From Lingula anatina (lineage: Eukaryota > Animalia > Brachiopoda), in the NCBI GenBank assembly GCA_051362555.1, contig CM120649.1:9858001-9922000 (forward strand): DNA of 64,000 nt, written 5' to 3'. Below, in pieces: positions 54,701 through 61,866 of the stretch (its first letter is position 1; every line of letters starts with the position of its first letter). The notes below the pieces were generated by a model. It made no database searches and was not told the DNA's origin. It saw only the letters and a program-made list of their open reading frames with translations. The translations under genes and the position numbers were made by a program.

Positions 54701-57700
54701 CCCGTTGTAATCCAACGAATAGGATTATTTTGACAGACTATTAAAAATAATCACCCACTGCTGTTACCCAGTATGGTGGACGTACAAAATATGAAAATGG
54801 TACTTTTATTTTTCAACTATAGAAAAGCACTCAGACAGCGCAGACCTCTGCCAAACACTGAGAAATCGTTGCACCAGTAGGTAGTTGCGAGCACGTTCAT
54901 TGCACAAAGGGTCAAACTCATTGGCCGTATCTTGCAATGGTGAAGAACCTTTTTAAGACTCTTGGATCCAGATGATGAACCAGGTGATAGATTCCCACCA
55001 AAATCTAAACACTTATTTCATCAAAATCCATACATAACCTATTTAGCTAGCATATAGAATGTTTCATCATCCTTTTCTGAAATAGCTGACACAAAGTTAG
55101 GCGCGATGTACTTAAACACTATAGGGACTGAAAGCAATTTCAAAAGAGAACTTATATTTAAAAAGTTTTATTACTGGATTTTAAACTCTACTTTGTACTA
55201 TATACTTATTATCTGAACATTTTAGCTGTTTATTTATTTTATTTTATTATTATTTATTTTGTTAATATACGCTTGTAAAGTCTACTGAACGTTAAATGGA
55301 TTTTAGGTCGCCGTTGGTTTTCAGTCAGGCTTTACATGATGTCAGCAATAAATGATGGAGTGATATCGATCTTAAATAACGTTCTGGAGTATAATGCTTG
55401 ACTTTGTTCATTAGGAAGAGGGGGTGAATAATAAATAACTCCATTAATAAAAGTTAAAATTCGAATAAGATACTTTCTCTAACAGGGAGCTGATGCAACT
55501 GTTTTACAACCGGTGTCAATTTTCCCGGGCGTGAGAGTTATAAGGCGTGCCGAAATATTCTGAATCTGCCGTAAATTTTTGTCATCCATTGAGTAGCAGC
55601 CATCGAGTAGAGGGTTGCGGTAATCAAAACGAAAGATATCCACCGCATGTAAAAATGTTACTACAGAGGATTTATCTAAGTAATTTTGGATATCACTGAT
55701 GTTCTTTTGTTAAAATACACAATAAAGGAATATTTGCTATTTGTCTATCCATAAAGAGTGAGGAGTCGAAGTCACACACAAGTTTTTCGTAACACTGGGC
55801 CCCGTCACTCGAAAGAATCGCGTATTGCGAATAGCGATATCACATAGAGGCTACAATGTATTATATGGGGCGAGTATGGGCGAATTATGGAACCGAGACG
55901 CTTGCGCTCGGTCGCAATGCTCGATACTTTCGAGTTACGGGACCCTGGAGGACTATTGGAAGTGTTTGATTTTTATTTTAAACCCATGTTTTGATGTTTC
56001 AAAATCTTGCACCCAGCGTCCAGACCAAAGTTGCTGAAGCGCAAACGCAAACTTCTCATTGCATGAGTGCATTATGATGGCGAGCAATTAAGAATCTAGA
56101 TGGAATGTAGAATAAGTAGAAAAAAGAACGCACTGTGGCACCACTTTTTTACATTTTTCCTGAAGAGAAGCACAATACCTTTAAGACTTTATACTGATGA
56201 AGAATGCTGTCCCTATTCAAATCCAAGCAAATAATATGTAAAGAGATCCATATATAGAGAAGTAAAATTAACACATAGGCCTAAATATTACAACGTACTT
56301 ACAGCAGTTGTGTACACGGACCCCATCATGACGGCAGTCCCATAGAGAGTCCTCGTGTCCATTACATCTCACGTTACTGAGTAGAATATTCCCAGTACCA
56401 CCGCCTCTGTTATTTACTCTGGTACAATATTTATATCCCAGCATCCTAGCAGCAACTCTGGTGTTGTAGTAGGAGTAGTACCAGTGCGAGTTCCAGCCAT
56501 TCTGACAAACGGTGCCGTAACTTCCTGAAATATACATACCCAGTATATACAAGAGTACAGATATACATGTATACATGGGTTAGTATTGAATATGGGAGAG
56601 AGAGAAAATTTTCCGAAACAATGCTCGGTGAAATGATTTTAAATGTTATTATTCACTAATCTACGACACCGCCACTGGCGCAGAGTAGTCCCAATAACCT
56701 ACAGGGTACAACAATGTAGGTAATATCCCCACAGCACACATGAAAATATTACAGCAGGTAGTTTTGTATTCAACAACGTGGGCAACACCAAATAACAGCA
56801 TAACACGAAATTCCACTAAAATTTACAAGATTTTTTTTAGAAATTAAGATGTAAATTTTGGTGAAATGTTTTATCCACTCGGTATATGTCTTTGCTGAAA
56901 ATTATGCAGTTGCTAGATAAAAAAATTGTTTTTTCATCAGATCCTTTGTGAAAAACTGTTTTCTCTATCCCAGCTGTGTACATGTAGATATCGATGTAAC
57001 CTAATGATCACTCCTCCAATGTCCAGCAAAATAAAAAAGCTTTTATTCTACTGAAAAAAAACTCCCTAGGCTAACTTCGACCTCGGTCTCGTGAGACAAT
57101 TTACACCCACACTCAATATACAGGTGCAAATGAAATCAAAGGCATGCTCTTAGAAATGTTAAGTAAACAGATTATAAGCTAGGTTTTGTTATTTTAGGGT
57201 CCCACATGAAGAAGTTTGTATCAAAGTTTCACTCTCATAGAACCATAAATAATAACAAAAAAATATCGTCTAACCCAAAAAGGAACATACGTTACTGTCA
57301 CAAATGCAAAACGTCCAACTGTGGAAACGTGATACCCACTTTGAATAATTCAATCATCACTGGTTTCGTTCTTTAATTTATTTCTTGTACGTATGACGTT
57401 GTAAAAATGATAATCTTCGGTATAGAGCAGTTAATTATTTTTAGGGACTTTGGCTGTCATTGAATATTATAAAAGGGGTGGGGGAATACACCCTACTGAC
57501 AGTAAAATAAGTATTAAATAAACTGTTTTCCAATTGTGATCCCAATATTATATCAAAAATTTAAAACTATCATGGAATCACAATATATTATTCAGTCAGC
57601 AACATAAACCCCTGTTACCTATTGGACCAAGTACTGGGGCAAGATAAAACTTGCTGATTTTTTTTTTCGGGGAAACATGCGTTACACAGGTACCTTTAAA

Positions 57701-59077
57701 AACATCCTTACGTCATATATAATTAACTATGACTAAATCACTGCAAAATATGTCGGAAAGTGAAATAAAATTAAATGGCCAAGTATAACAGGCACATAGG
57801 CTACGTTACCATTTAGGCTTTTTACATTATGCACAGACAAGGTAAAAATTAAATATAAATGTAAAATTGAGACAGACTTTTATCTATACACAGTTTTAAA
57901 AAATTGAATGCAACTTCGAATTCATTCAATTTTATTTTTTGATAATTCAGCATGTAAAATGCACCTCTATATTGGGTTTGGGTGTTTAGCTTCATGCTAT
58001 AAGTTGCTTATAAATCTAGACGGTAGAATAATATACTTATATTTGATGTTATAAATTGCAAAGTATACCAGTATACATGTAGTATGCAATGGCTGCTGAG
58101 GGGACTTCCTGTCCCACTCATGCTCACTTAACTCTGGAGAAAACCTTTCTCCCTTCTCCTTCCCCCAAACAAAATGGAACAATACGCTTCTTAAGAAAAT
58201 ATAATAGTATACATGTCATAATCCTAGTCTCCAAATTCTACCATTTATCTGTATTTATGCCTGCTCAAAAAAGGACAGCCAACATTTTCTTTTCTTCTTT
58301 CATATTTCAAAGAAAAATTTTTATAGAGAAAGAAATATATTTTTAAAAAGCTTTTAAAGGAACACGACTAGTAAAAATTATAAATAACAAAAACAGCGAT
58401 ATGTGACAAGGTCCAGCTATTTTATGGTTAAACTGATTTTGCGTAATATTCTATTATTGCTGAGTGATGCTAAGTAAATATCTTTATTCCTGTGCCCCCT
58501 CCCTTATCTATTTTACACACACGCACACACACACACATTTCATTAAATTTATAGATATACCAGTGTTATGGGCAAAGTATAAAAACTGTATTTCACCTGA
58601 CTGAAATTGACTGAAAACACCTCGTACGTAGGGTTTTATTTAACTTCTAATAATACAACACGAAACGGTAAGTTGATACAAGCTGATGGCAATAAATAAA
58701 GGATAAAAACTAGACGAGTTTCCACAAGCTTACCTCCCAACAAAAGCTCTAAACGCCCTACGTGACTTGACGTGAAGTCTCCCGCAAGGCGAGCGCCATC
58801 AAACCAAATGGGAGGGCTGTCGCGTTGTGCTGGAATATTGGGTGTATCAGCTGCAGTGAAGCGAATTCGTTGACCAGGCTGCCCTTTGGCTACCAGTCTT
58901 CCCCGGACACTCAAGGTGACCCCAGGGTCAAACGTAACAGTCACGCCAGGCTCTACCGTAAGCGTGATCCCCGGGGGAACGATAATCGAAGAATTGACGT
59001 AGAACGGTTGGTCACTACGTCGTAACGTCAAATCCGCGCTCGGTGAGGTGTCAATGACGGTGTCAGCGTTGGAAAAA
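330..59077 (-). CDS. Giant multi-exon extracellular mosaic protein of about 4,200 aa or more: bark beetle/anakonda-like N-terminal half (beta-helix/SRCR/CUB x3 + C-type lectin), then EGF-PSI-unknown domain-Cys-rich-VWD-EGF array-cadherin x2. Span of the joined gene model; exons listed separately
   Basis: 41 hand-traced exons with GT..AG boundaries. Phases match at every junction, and domains split across introns rejoin correctly (e.g. SRCR LLGG|SYGTVC, VWD TLDG|LEYDYHG, EGF GFIG|VDCS). Exon lengths sum to about 12,614 nt. Confidence 0.85.
1585..1806. mobile_element. MITE with terminal inverted repeats; a second, inverted copy lies at about 48698-48912
   Basis: attcccataaatatttagatcgatc ... 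gatcgatctaaatctctgggaat; same internal motifs reversed near 48.7-48.9 kb. Confidence 0.7.
1954..2123 (-). CDS. Exon: EGF repeats
   Basis: CYDGYSGATC...CSGNGVCLEPNLCDCELGFSGSDC. Confidence 0.9.
2374..2632 (-). CDS. Exon: EGF repeats
   Basis: HGQCVGYDICRCDSGWHGNGC...HGVCTSPGICSCYDGYHGDNC... Confidence 0.9.
3018..3170 (-). CDS. Exon: EGF repeats
   Basis: VDCSIDATCSNVSDCSGHGVCVDFDVCKCDSGWAGPNC. Confidence 0.9.
3536..6322 (+). mobile_element. Non-autonomous Helentron/HINE-like element with internal satellite, microsatellite and 3' hairpin
   Basis: 5' AACAAGGCAGC...tgtacagaca; 161-bp tandem array; (GAC/GGC)n tract; perfect 14-bp hairpin at 6289-6318 whose arm matches the 5' subterminal motif; ends in an A-run. 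Confidence 0.72.
5430..6215. repeat. Tandem repeat, 161-bp unit, about 5 copies
   Basis: ttcgaacttgacctg recurs at 5480, 5641, 5802, 5963 and 6124. Confidence 0.95.
6602..6691 (-). CDS. Exon: EGF
   Basis: VCLDVNNCTDEEHGVCEKTNTCRCAAGFI; 90 nt, phase 1-1. Confidence 0.88.
7170..8100 (-). pseudogene. Decayed Tc1/mariner transposase
   Basis: Frameshifted fragments TPMVVIDENLNQ and NLSKGMPCHFRALVVARKG resemble the Tc1 relic at about 52 kb (LVFLGGNLNQ; LSQGMPCRMRALQAAAEG). Confidence 0.65.
8881..10962. repeat. Inverted pair of about 115 bp (8881-8997 / 10851-10962) built of cgcattttgcaac units
   Basis: The two arms are direct reverse complements. Confidence 0.8.
11129..11277 (-). mobile_element. 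Partial copy of the MITE family at 60447-60630
   Basis: aaaaggtccactctgggtaaaat...aaattgctggctactggcctg. Confidence 0.7.
12648..12737 (-). CDS. Exon: EGF
   Basis: CGACANGVCDSGFCVCSVGWEGSTCEEK; 90 nt, phase 1-1. Confidence 0.88.
13119..13208 (-). CDS. Exon: EGF (tenascin-type)
   Basis: CPGHCNGKGRCVKGSCECNDKWSGPDCS; 90 nt, phase 1-1. Confidence 0.9.
   Translation of the reverse strand, partial: DVPVTAMVKAGVSRAHVNVTTNGRVQTAP
13384..13687. mobile_element. MITE
   Basis: TIR agggtcccattgg / ccaatgggaccct. Confidence 0.7.
13885..14002 (-). CDS. Exon: post-VWD helical Cys segment (VWDE-like)
   Basis: VAEIAC...LQQCVFDIAVTKDEAFA. Confidence 0.8.
14621..14772 (-). CDS. Exon: post-VWD linker
   Basis: WRVNASSL...SELE; phase 1-0. 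Confidence 0.78.
15038..15232 (-). CDS. Exon: VWD C-terminal part
   Basis: RFRGDTSGLCGLMDDNEDNDLTMPNG...QFADSW (GLCG..D...ND motif). Confidence 0.9.
15481..15620 (-). CDS. Exon: VWD domain
   Basis: RIDG...ITFQYSSG; phase 2-1. Confidence 0.8.
15999..16194 (-). CDS. Exon: VWD domain
   Basis: LEYDYHGIGEFWYC...VQVRF...GAVAVKVGQSVVTI. Confidence 0.88.
16450..16593 (-). CDS. Exon: EGF-like repeat plus VWD start with GDPH
   Basis: CFGNGVC...CVCTRFWTGRCC...GGDPHLTTLDG. Confidence 0.9.
16711..20766. mobile_element. About 4-kb TTAA-flanked DNA transposon (Kolobok-like), decayed
   Basis: TTAA at 16707-16710 and 20767-20770; imperfect TIRs including cagtcagagggtggcaaggtgggggtcaacagattt / aaatctgctgacccccaccttgccgccttctgactg. 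Confidence 0.68.
18038..18277. mobile_element. MITE with 5-bp TSD (GTGAT), nested in the Kolobok-like element
   Basis: caggggcgtaacc ... agttacgcccatg, with gtgat on both sides. Confidence 0.75.
21043..21215 (-). CDS. Exon: Cys-rich/EGF-like
   Basis: CPVCDSAYEPVWEDCHCVC...CVRGRRGEQCDQPDCEPC; weak donor (gtctgt) chosen because it keeps the frame open. Confidence 0.72.
21667..21800 (-). CDS. Exon: Cys-rich CxCxC segment
   Basis: CDCQCPNGNNGFIKQDGSCHCPCQCKNC...DGTCDCPND. Confidence 0.85.
21948..23061. mobile_element. PIF/Harbinger-like MITE containing an inverted copy of its own family (about 22312-22743)
   Basis: Four ends of the ccccgtcacac / gtgtgacgggg type; TAA/TTA-like flanks. Confidence 0.72.
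23215..23355 (-). CDS. Exon: Cys-rich CxCxC segment
   Basis: FKSVCQCELCPDG...TCPCFCVDN...DGSCP. Confidence 0.8.
23991..24048. repeat. (TA)n microsatellite
   Basis: Directly visible. Confidence 0.97.
24314..24398 (-). CDS. Exon: Cys-rich segment
   Basis: HCKAATTSTMCPADPNSCSCADGSNSTM; phase 2-0. Confidence 0.75.
24531..24876. mobile_element. MITE with about 30-bp TIRs
   Basis: gcactagtgggctagatttggtcttaaagtg / cactttaagaccaaatcaagcccactagtgc. Confidence 0.8.
25318..26025 (-). mobile_element. 5'-truncated non-LTR retrotransposon (ORF2 C-terminal zinc-knuckle region with (TTA)n tail)
   Basis: KLRTYSKIK...EPYL...LAKMRVSDHDLEIERGRY...RKCPHC..MEDEVHFFLEC; tail aataaattattattatt on the minus strand. 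Confidence 0.88.
26043..26277 (-). CDS. Exon: unassigned
   Basis: DTEAIPG...IDTCSKACFG...RLPGVT; phase 1-2; donor gtgagt. Confidence 0.7.
26481..26649 (-). CDS. Exon: unassigned
   Basis: VTNVSNTVQINDGIENVNIKVDIETKFKVTIP...REIL; donor gtaagc. Confidence 0.62.
27502..27664 (-). CDS. Exon: unassigned
   Basis: LCAFTYRS...GVHCLDLSSVLCLPVNINIAEIKYGFIAETQ; donor gtaagt; a second same-phase acceptor is possible. Confidence 0.65.
27901..28079 (-). CDS. Exon: unassigned beta-strand-rich region
   Basis: SVIKAPSKYKHQVELEMTIGVAARLELHLQ...YEALS; open frame, phase 0-2. Confidence 0.68.
28293..28475 (-). CDS. Exon: unassigned domain
   Basis: VISLFEKGDYILIEC...KAKLQ; phase 0-0. Confidence 0.72.
28828..28993 (-). 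CDS. Exon: unassigned domain, repeat 3
   Basis: MYCHGG...GKGDVIPGRASGSFLGR; phase 2-0. Confidence 0.75.
29253..29672. mobile_element. MITE; inverted copy at about 59827-60240
   Basis: Ends gagtacaagtacag / ctgtacttgttctc; internal sequence shared with the 59.8-60.2 kb copy. Confidence 0.72.
29912..30146 (-). CDS. Exon: unassigned domain, repeat 2
   Basis: VYKCLGHW...VQVGDVMVGTVSHGFLEDVEDI; phase 1-2. Confidence 0.78.
30403..30600 (-). CDS. Exon: unassigned domain
   Basis: TYKYFSTSTAKLEDIIQYANI...TVRAIE; phase 1-1. Confidence 0.75.
30872..30988 (-). CDS. Exon: unassigned domain, repeat 1
   Basis: QTIIVSRDRI...SIVSRQAGGIMHNVYSTKET; phase 1-1. Confidence 0.72.
31087..32625. mobile_element. 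PIF/Harbinger-like non-autonomous element with TTA TSD; second internal left end at about 31718
   Basis: TTA|aggcaatgtcaca ... tgtaacagtgcct|TTA. Confidence 0.65.
32830..32989 (-). CDS. Exon: unassigned domain
   Basis: MSYGCRYWDMGKCPHGLVRPDY...ELYVCPLP; AAG acceptor; alternative same-phase donor at 32821. Confidence 0.72.
33591..33692 (-). CDS. Exon: Cys-containing, unassigned
   Basis: YIGCEYRQCNSTIRYASDELCHRCRDVEACFSDD; acceptor ttccag, donor gtaagt; phase 0-0. Confidence 0.78.
34019..34222 (-). CDS. Exon: EGF end plus PSI domain
   Basis: GRACSVSYCPVYSTCRSCTEQPGCGWCDHKQRCLPG...C..W. Confidence 0.88.
34250..34347. repeat. Compound (CT)n(GT)n microsatellite just upstream of the PSI exon acceptor
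   Basis: Directly visible. Confidence 0.97.
34578..34759 (-). CDS. Exon: two EGF-like repeats
   Basis: CLNGCSYNGRC...CHCNRGWEGKDC...GTCVGPNQCMCQPGWQ. Confidence 0.92.
35149..35257 (-). CDS. Exon: C-type lectin, C-terminal part
   Basis: KSGKCSLF...LEECSHFAPFICKR. Confidence 0.82.
35336..35619. mobile_element. MITE with CCC...GGG ends and 2-bp AT TSD (animal EnSpm/CACTA-like)
   Basis: at|cccgcacgaaaacgcagtag ... ctactgcattttcgtgcggg|at. Confidence 0.75.
35795..35917 (-). CDS. Exon: C-type lectin, middle
   Basis: KEYSMPFSPQGEEESDFVASVL...GLWTG; phase 0-0. Confidence 0.75.
36518..36612 (-). CDS. Exon: C-type lectin domain, N-terminal part
   Basis: Translated by hand: GLCPLGWLQNDSICYLYVGGVQTFSDAVGSCE; donor gtaagg. 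Confidence 0.88.
36720..36790. repeat. (CA)n(TA)n microsatellite
   Basis: Directly visible. Confidence 0.95.
37104..37307 (-). CDS. Exon: degenerate chitin-binding type-2 (CBM14/peritrophin-A) module
   Basis: FLPDTRDCSRFYEF...VCPRGLVWNPEVKACD...C; symmetric phase 1-1; acceptor ccccag, donor gtaaat. Confidence 0.65.
37512..38336 (-). CDS. Exon: final beta-helix block, beginning with an RTRR furin-type motif
   Basis: ETRTRREIEGNAFSNNGLGG...NASFNWWG...RIRD; donor gtaagt. Confidence 0.88.
38589..40583 (-). CDS. Large exon (1995 nt): beta-helix repeats, third repeat unit without SRCR, CUB-like domain
   Basis: 729-aa ORF; DARFNFWG, VLGGWL..SIRL...SPYYL....IEPGV, WQGIVF, LEIFEG; phase 1-1. Confidence 0.92.
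41083..43356 (-). CDS. Large exon (2274 nt): parallel beta-helix repeats, second repeat unit with degenerate SRCR and CUB-like domain
   Basis: 772-aa ORF; NYWGT, TLGGRI..DLTL...PYTV..DLNV...TLTIEPGV.LEF, WAGIRL; phase 1-1. Confidence 0.92.
43677..43947 (-). CDS. Exon: CUB-like domain
   Basis: ILDIYDGNST...YTTGGSVLLSF; phase 0-1; donor gtgagt. Confidence 0.82.
44250..44780 (+). mobile_element. 5'-truncated LINE (CR1/L2-group ORF2 3' end) with (TAA)n tail
   Basis: VWHFGLT...EKSQERALKTIYP...HRLHYLL...YSLR...KIKTKR; 3' cctcgggttgcaag followed by taataataataaataaa. Confidence 0.78.
44990..46005. mobile_element. Probable non-autonomous DNA element rich in gcaacc/ggttgc motifs
   Basis: Many dispersed short inverted motifs; ends not precisely defined. 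Confidence 0.4.
46530..50700. mobile_element. Decayed large TIR element whose right end is tandemly duplicated (about 730-bp unit, about 2.3 copies)
   Basis: gccatattg(g)aaaa block at about 49076, 49798 and 50541; the left segment 46530-46660 is the inverted counterpart of 49610-49735 and 50350-50480. Confidence 0.6.
51950..52946 (+). pseudogene. Frameshifted Tc1-family (DD34E-type) transposase relic
   Basis: KPLLTAIHIQRRLQWA...WNHIVFSDEA, VWGAF, YQDHCATPHRAR, SPDMNPSENLW, GMPCRMRALQAAAEGHTRY spread over several frames. Confidence 0.9.
52995..53542 (-). CDS. Exon: SRCR end, beta-helix turns, start of CUB-like domain
   Basis: HSQDVWLQC...YWSGIQL...LQYVDVEFAG...; acceptor ttttcag, donor gtaagt. 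Confidence 0.88.
54817..55050 (+). mobile_element. Fragment of a HINE/Helitron-like dispersed repeat
   Basis: agaaaagcactcagacagcgcagacctc...ggatccagatgatgaacc...ccaccaaaatctaa, a motif order I recall from such elements. Confidence 0.45.
56303..56524 (-). CDS. Exon: SRCR domain core
   Basis: GTVCQNGW...VAARMLGY...GTGNILLSNVRCNGHEDSLWDC...HNC; phase 1-1. Confidence 0.92.
58734..59077 (-). CDS. Exon: end of signal peptide (FSNA-DT), beta-helix lead-in and start of SRCR1
   Basis: PFYVNSSIIVPPGITLTVEPGVTVTF...GRLVAKG...ARLAG...GRLELLLGG; donor gtaagc; acceptor position uncertain. Confidence 0.8.
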
Positions 59078-59826
59078 CTGAGACAAATCGTGTGAGCTAA
59101 AGGTTCCTTGTGAGCTAAAGGTACTCTATATAAACGCCGCCTTTTTTTTTTTCATGTCGCACGTCAATCACTAACGCTGACTGGTAATCATAATAGAAGA
59201 ATGGAAGAAAAGAAAACATTTCCACGCGATAAACATTCACACGCGATAAACTTCAAAAGTTGTGATTGAAAATGGTGTAATAGACTTACCGGGTAGAAAG
59301 GTATCAAGAAAACAATATGAAAGTTATCATATTAAACAGCAAAAGAAAAGAACATGTTCTATTTCAAATAACCTCGTGGAACTGGTAGGGCAGAGTATTG
59401 ACGTTAAGTAAACTGTGTTAAATAATGGCTACTGAGCACTTATACATAGAAAAATTTGACGGGAATGGCGGCTTTATTGTCGACAAATATATCCCTGTAT
59501 TAGTGAACAGTTATTTATATGTTAGTGAGATATGCTTTCAATCGGATAAAAATTGAATCAGACATGTAGGCCTATGCCTTATTTGGCTGCACACAGACGA
59601 AGCACACAGATCTTGAAAAGATCAAAGCTCACTTCTGTGCTACTAAATAAAACGGGAGGGGATATCAGACAAACCCCCCTTCCCGGAAAATTCCCCCCAG
59701 AAGAATGTATATTTATGTACAAATATATATAATTTCAAATCTTTTCATCCATTTTATGAACTTTTCTTAGTGTGATGATGCAACTCGAGGATAGAGAATG
59801 CTAATCTCATTATACATTATTTTCAT

Positions 59827-60240
59827 GGAGTACAAGTACAGAAAATTTTAGAAATGGAAGAACAGAAAATTTAATTTAAAATCTGATCAAAGCATATCTC
59901 CAGGTAAAGGTGGGGTAAACAGATGATCCCACTCTCAGGTAACCCTTTGATGAATTAACTGTTACTTTTAATTGCTTCATTACCCCCCCCCCCCCCTTGA
60001 TTAAGTAAACCTTGAATCAAGGTGCACCTCTAGGGAGAGTTGGCATAAACAGATTCTCTTGCTTATCCTAGTATCCCTTAGATTATCTGTCACTTTTAAT
60101 TGCTTGACTACTACCCACCTACCCACCTACCAAAAAAATATTCATAAAATATATGTTTACCATAAAATCTGTTTTCCCCTGGAGAATGGGTGGTTACACT
60201 TTGAATAGACTTTTAATAATACTTTCTGTACTTGTACTTG
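59827..60240. mobile_element. MITE, inverted copy of 29253-29672
   Basis: ggagtacaagtacagaaa ... tttctgtacttgtact. Confidence 0.72.
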
Positions 60241-60446
60241 TACACGAAAGTCTATTTTTTTTTTTTTTCAATTTCAAATATTCGTTTTGCGAACGCATTT
60301 CAACAAGCACTTTTACCTGCTGAAGTATAATAAAAACGATCGTGTTTTCTTACGTTCTTACGTTACAGAGCCTGATAATAAGATAAATTAATAACTTAAC
60401 AATAAAACACTCTGTGTAATTCGCCTCAAAGAGTGATTAATAGACT

Positions 60447-60630
60447 CAGGCCCGTAGCCAGCAATTTCAGAGGGGGAGGGGTTCGTTTTCTGAAAAAGTG
60501 GACCTTTTACCATAAAATCCTCAAGTAAATAGATCTAATTTTACCCAGAGTGGACCTTTTCCCAGCAAAAAGGGTGGTTCTTTCGAACCCCCCGAAACCC
60601 CCCCCCCCCCCCCCCCTGGCTACGGGCCTG
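60447..60630. mobile_element. Intact MITE with 15-bp TIR and 5-bp TSD AGACT; further copies at about 11129-11277 and 62803-62948
   Basis: agact|caggcccgtagccag ... ctggctacgggcctg|agact. Confidence 0.88.
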
Positions 60631-61204
60631 AGACTGAAATAGAAGGTAGAAATGTACACTTCTGCTGTTGCTGTAAGAGCAACAAAGTGGAGTACAAAAT
60701 AAATTGCATTTACTATTATTCGTTTTGCTTCCCCACGCGGTTTGATATTTCTCTTCCTGGTTGAAGTATACAACGGTATGTAGGTATTACTTACAGTTGT
60801 CAGAGCAGCTTGGAGGGAGGGCTGCATACACACTTCATCGTGCTTTTTATTCTTTGTAATTTGACTCAAGGCTTTTATAGGCATCATTCTATGAGGTTTA
60901 GAATAGTTATGAATTCCAAAGCATTTAAGTACAGGTGCGAATCAAGAATAATTTGAAGAGGGTAGTTTTTTTCGAAATGCCAGGCTTCAGATACAATGCT
61001 GATGCTCGCCCCCTTGGCGTGGAATTCGGGACTTACCCCTGGGGTATCAATGTTTTGATATCCGAAAGCTTTTTACTCACTTTTTCACATTATTAGTGAC
61101 TGTGACTATTATAATTCAAATCACGTTTATTCTGCCTAAAACTAATGTAGCTGGATTCTTTGACAAGCTTCTGTGAGCAGCTGGGTTGTAATCAAGGATT
61201 GTGT

Positions 61205-61300
61205 CCTGATTAAGCTGATTCCACTGATCGCACTTTATCGAGAACCTCCCGCAGAGTTGGACCGACCCAGGTAGTACGATGTGTGAATCTGAATGCGCCC
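61205..61300 (-). repeat. Dispersed repeat core of about 85 bp, also at about 10208-10292 (+)
   Basis: ttcagattcacacatcgtacta(c/a)ctgggtcggtccaactctgc...ggaatcagctt in both places. Confidence 0.8.
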
Positions 61301-61866
61301 ATACATTCCTTTTTTCAAATACCGGTAAAGAGTTATACAACGAATCTCTGCCAGTACTGGCAATATACACAGTGTGCAAACAAATCGTTGTTGATATACA
61401 TGTAGATTTAAGCAAAGGGAGTCAACAGCTTGCTTCCATAGAAAACATGACTGCATAGTTACGATTATACTTTTTAACTGCATTTTTTTCTAAGATTGAT
61501 TTTCATGGCGAATCTATCTAGTGGGCGACATGGGACGATTCCCAATTATACATGCCTTTGTACACGTGGGAGGTCAGAATCTATACAGTTCTAAATTCAT
61601 CTGCCTTTGTCTACATCAGGCAGTATTTTTGATGTACAGTAATTAATAGGATATGGTTTGGGTATCAGGAGAAAACAACACAGAAACACATATGCAAAAT
61701 ACTCAATAAATGGAGTTTGTGTAAAATAGTCCACTTAATGAGACGTTATAAACTTGGGTTAAATTTTAACAAAATACACTAACTACTCAATCTTTTATTG
61801 AAGAACTGGTAAGTGATTTATAGGGCACTCGAAGCAGAAATACACTTAATTAAATACATTATTAAA

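Noticed and set aside
59304-59306. In-frame TGA in the candidate first exon as selenocysteine
   Set aside because: It would fall in a cleaved signal peptide with no redox motif, and no SECIS can be assessed because the 3' UTR is outside the window
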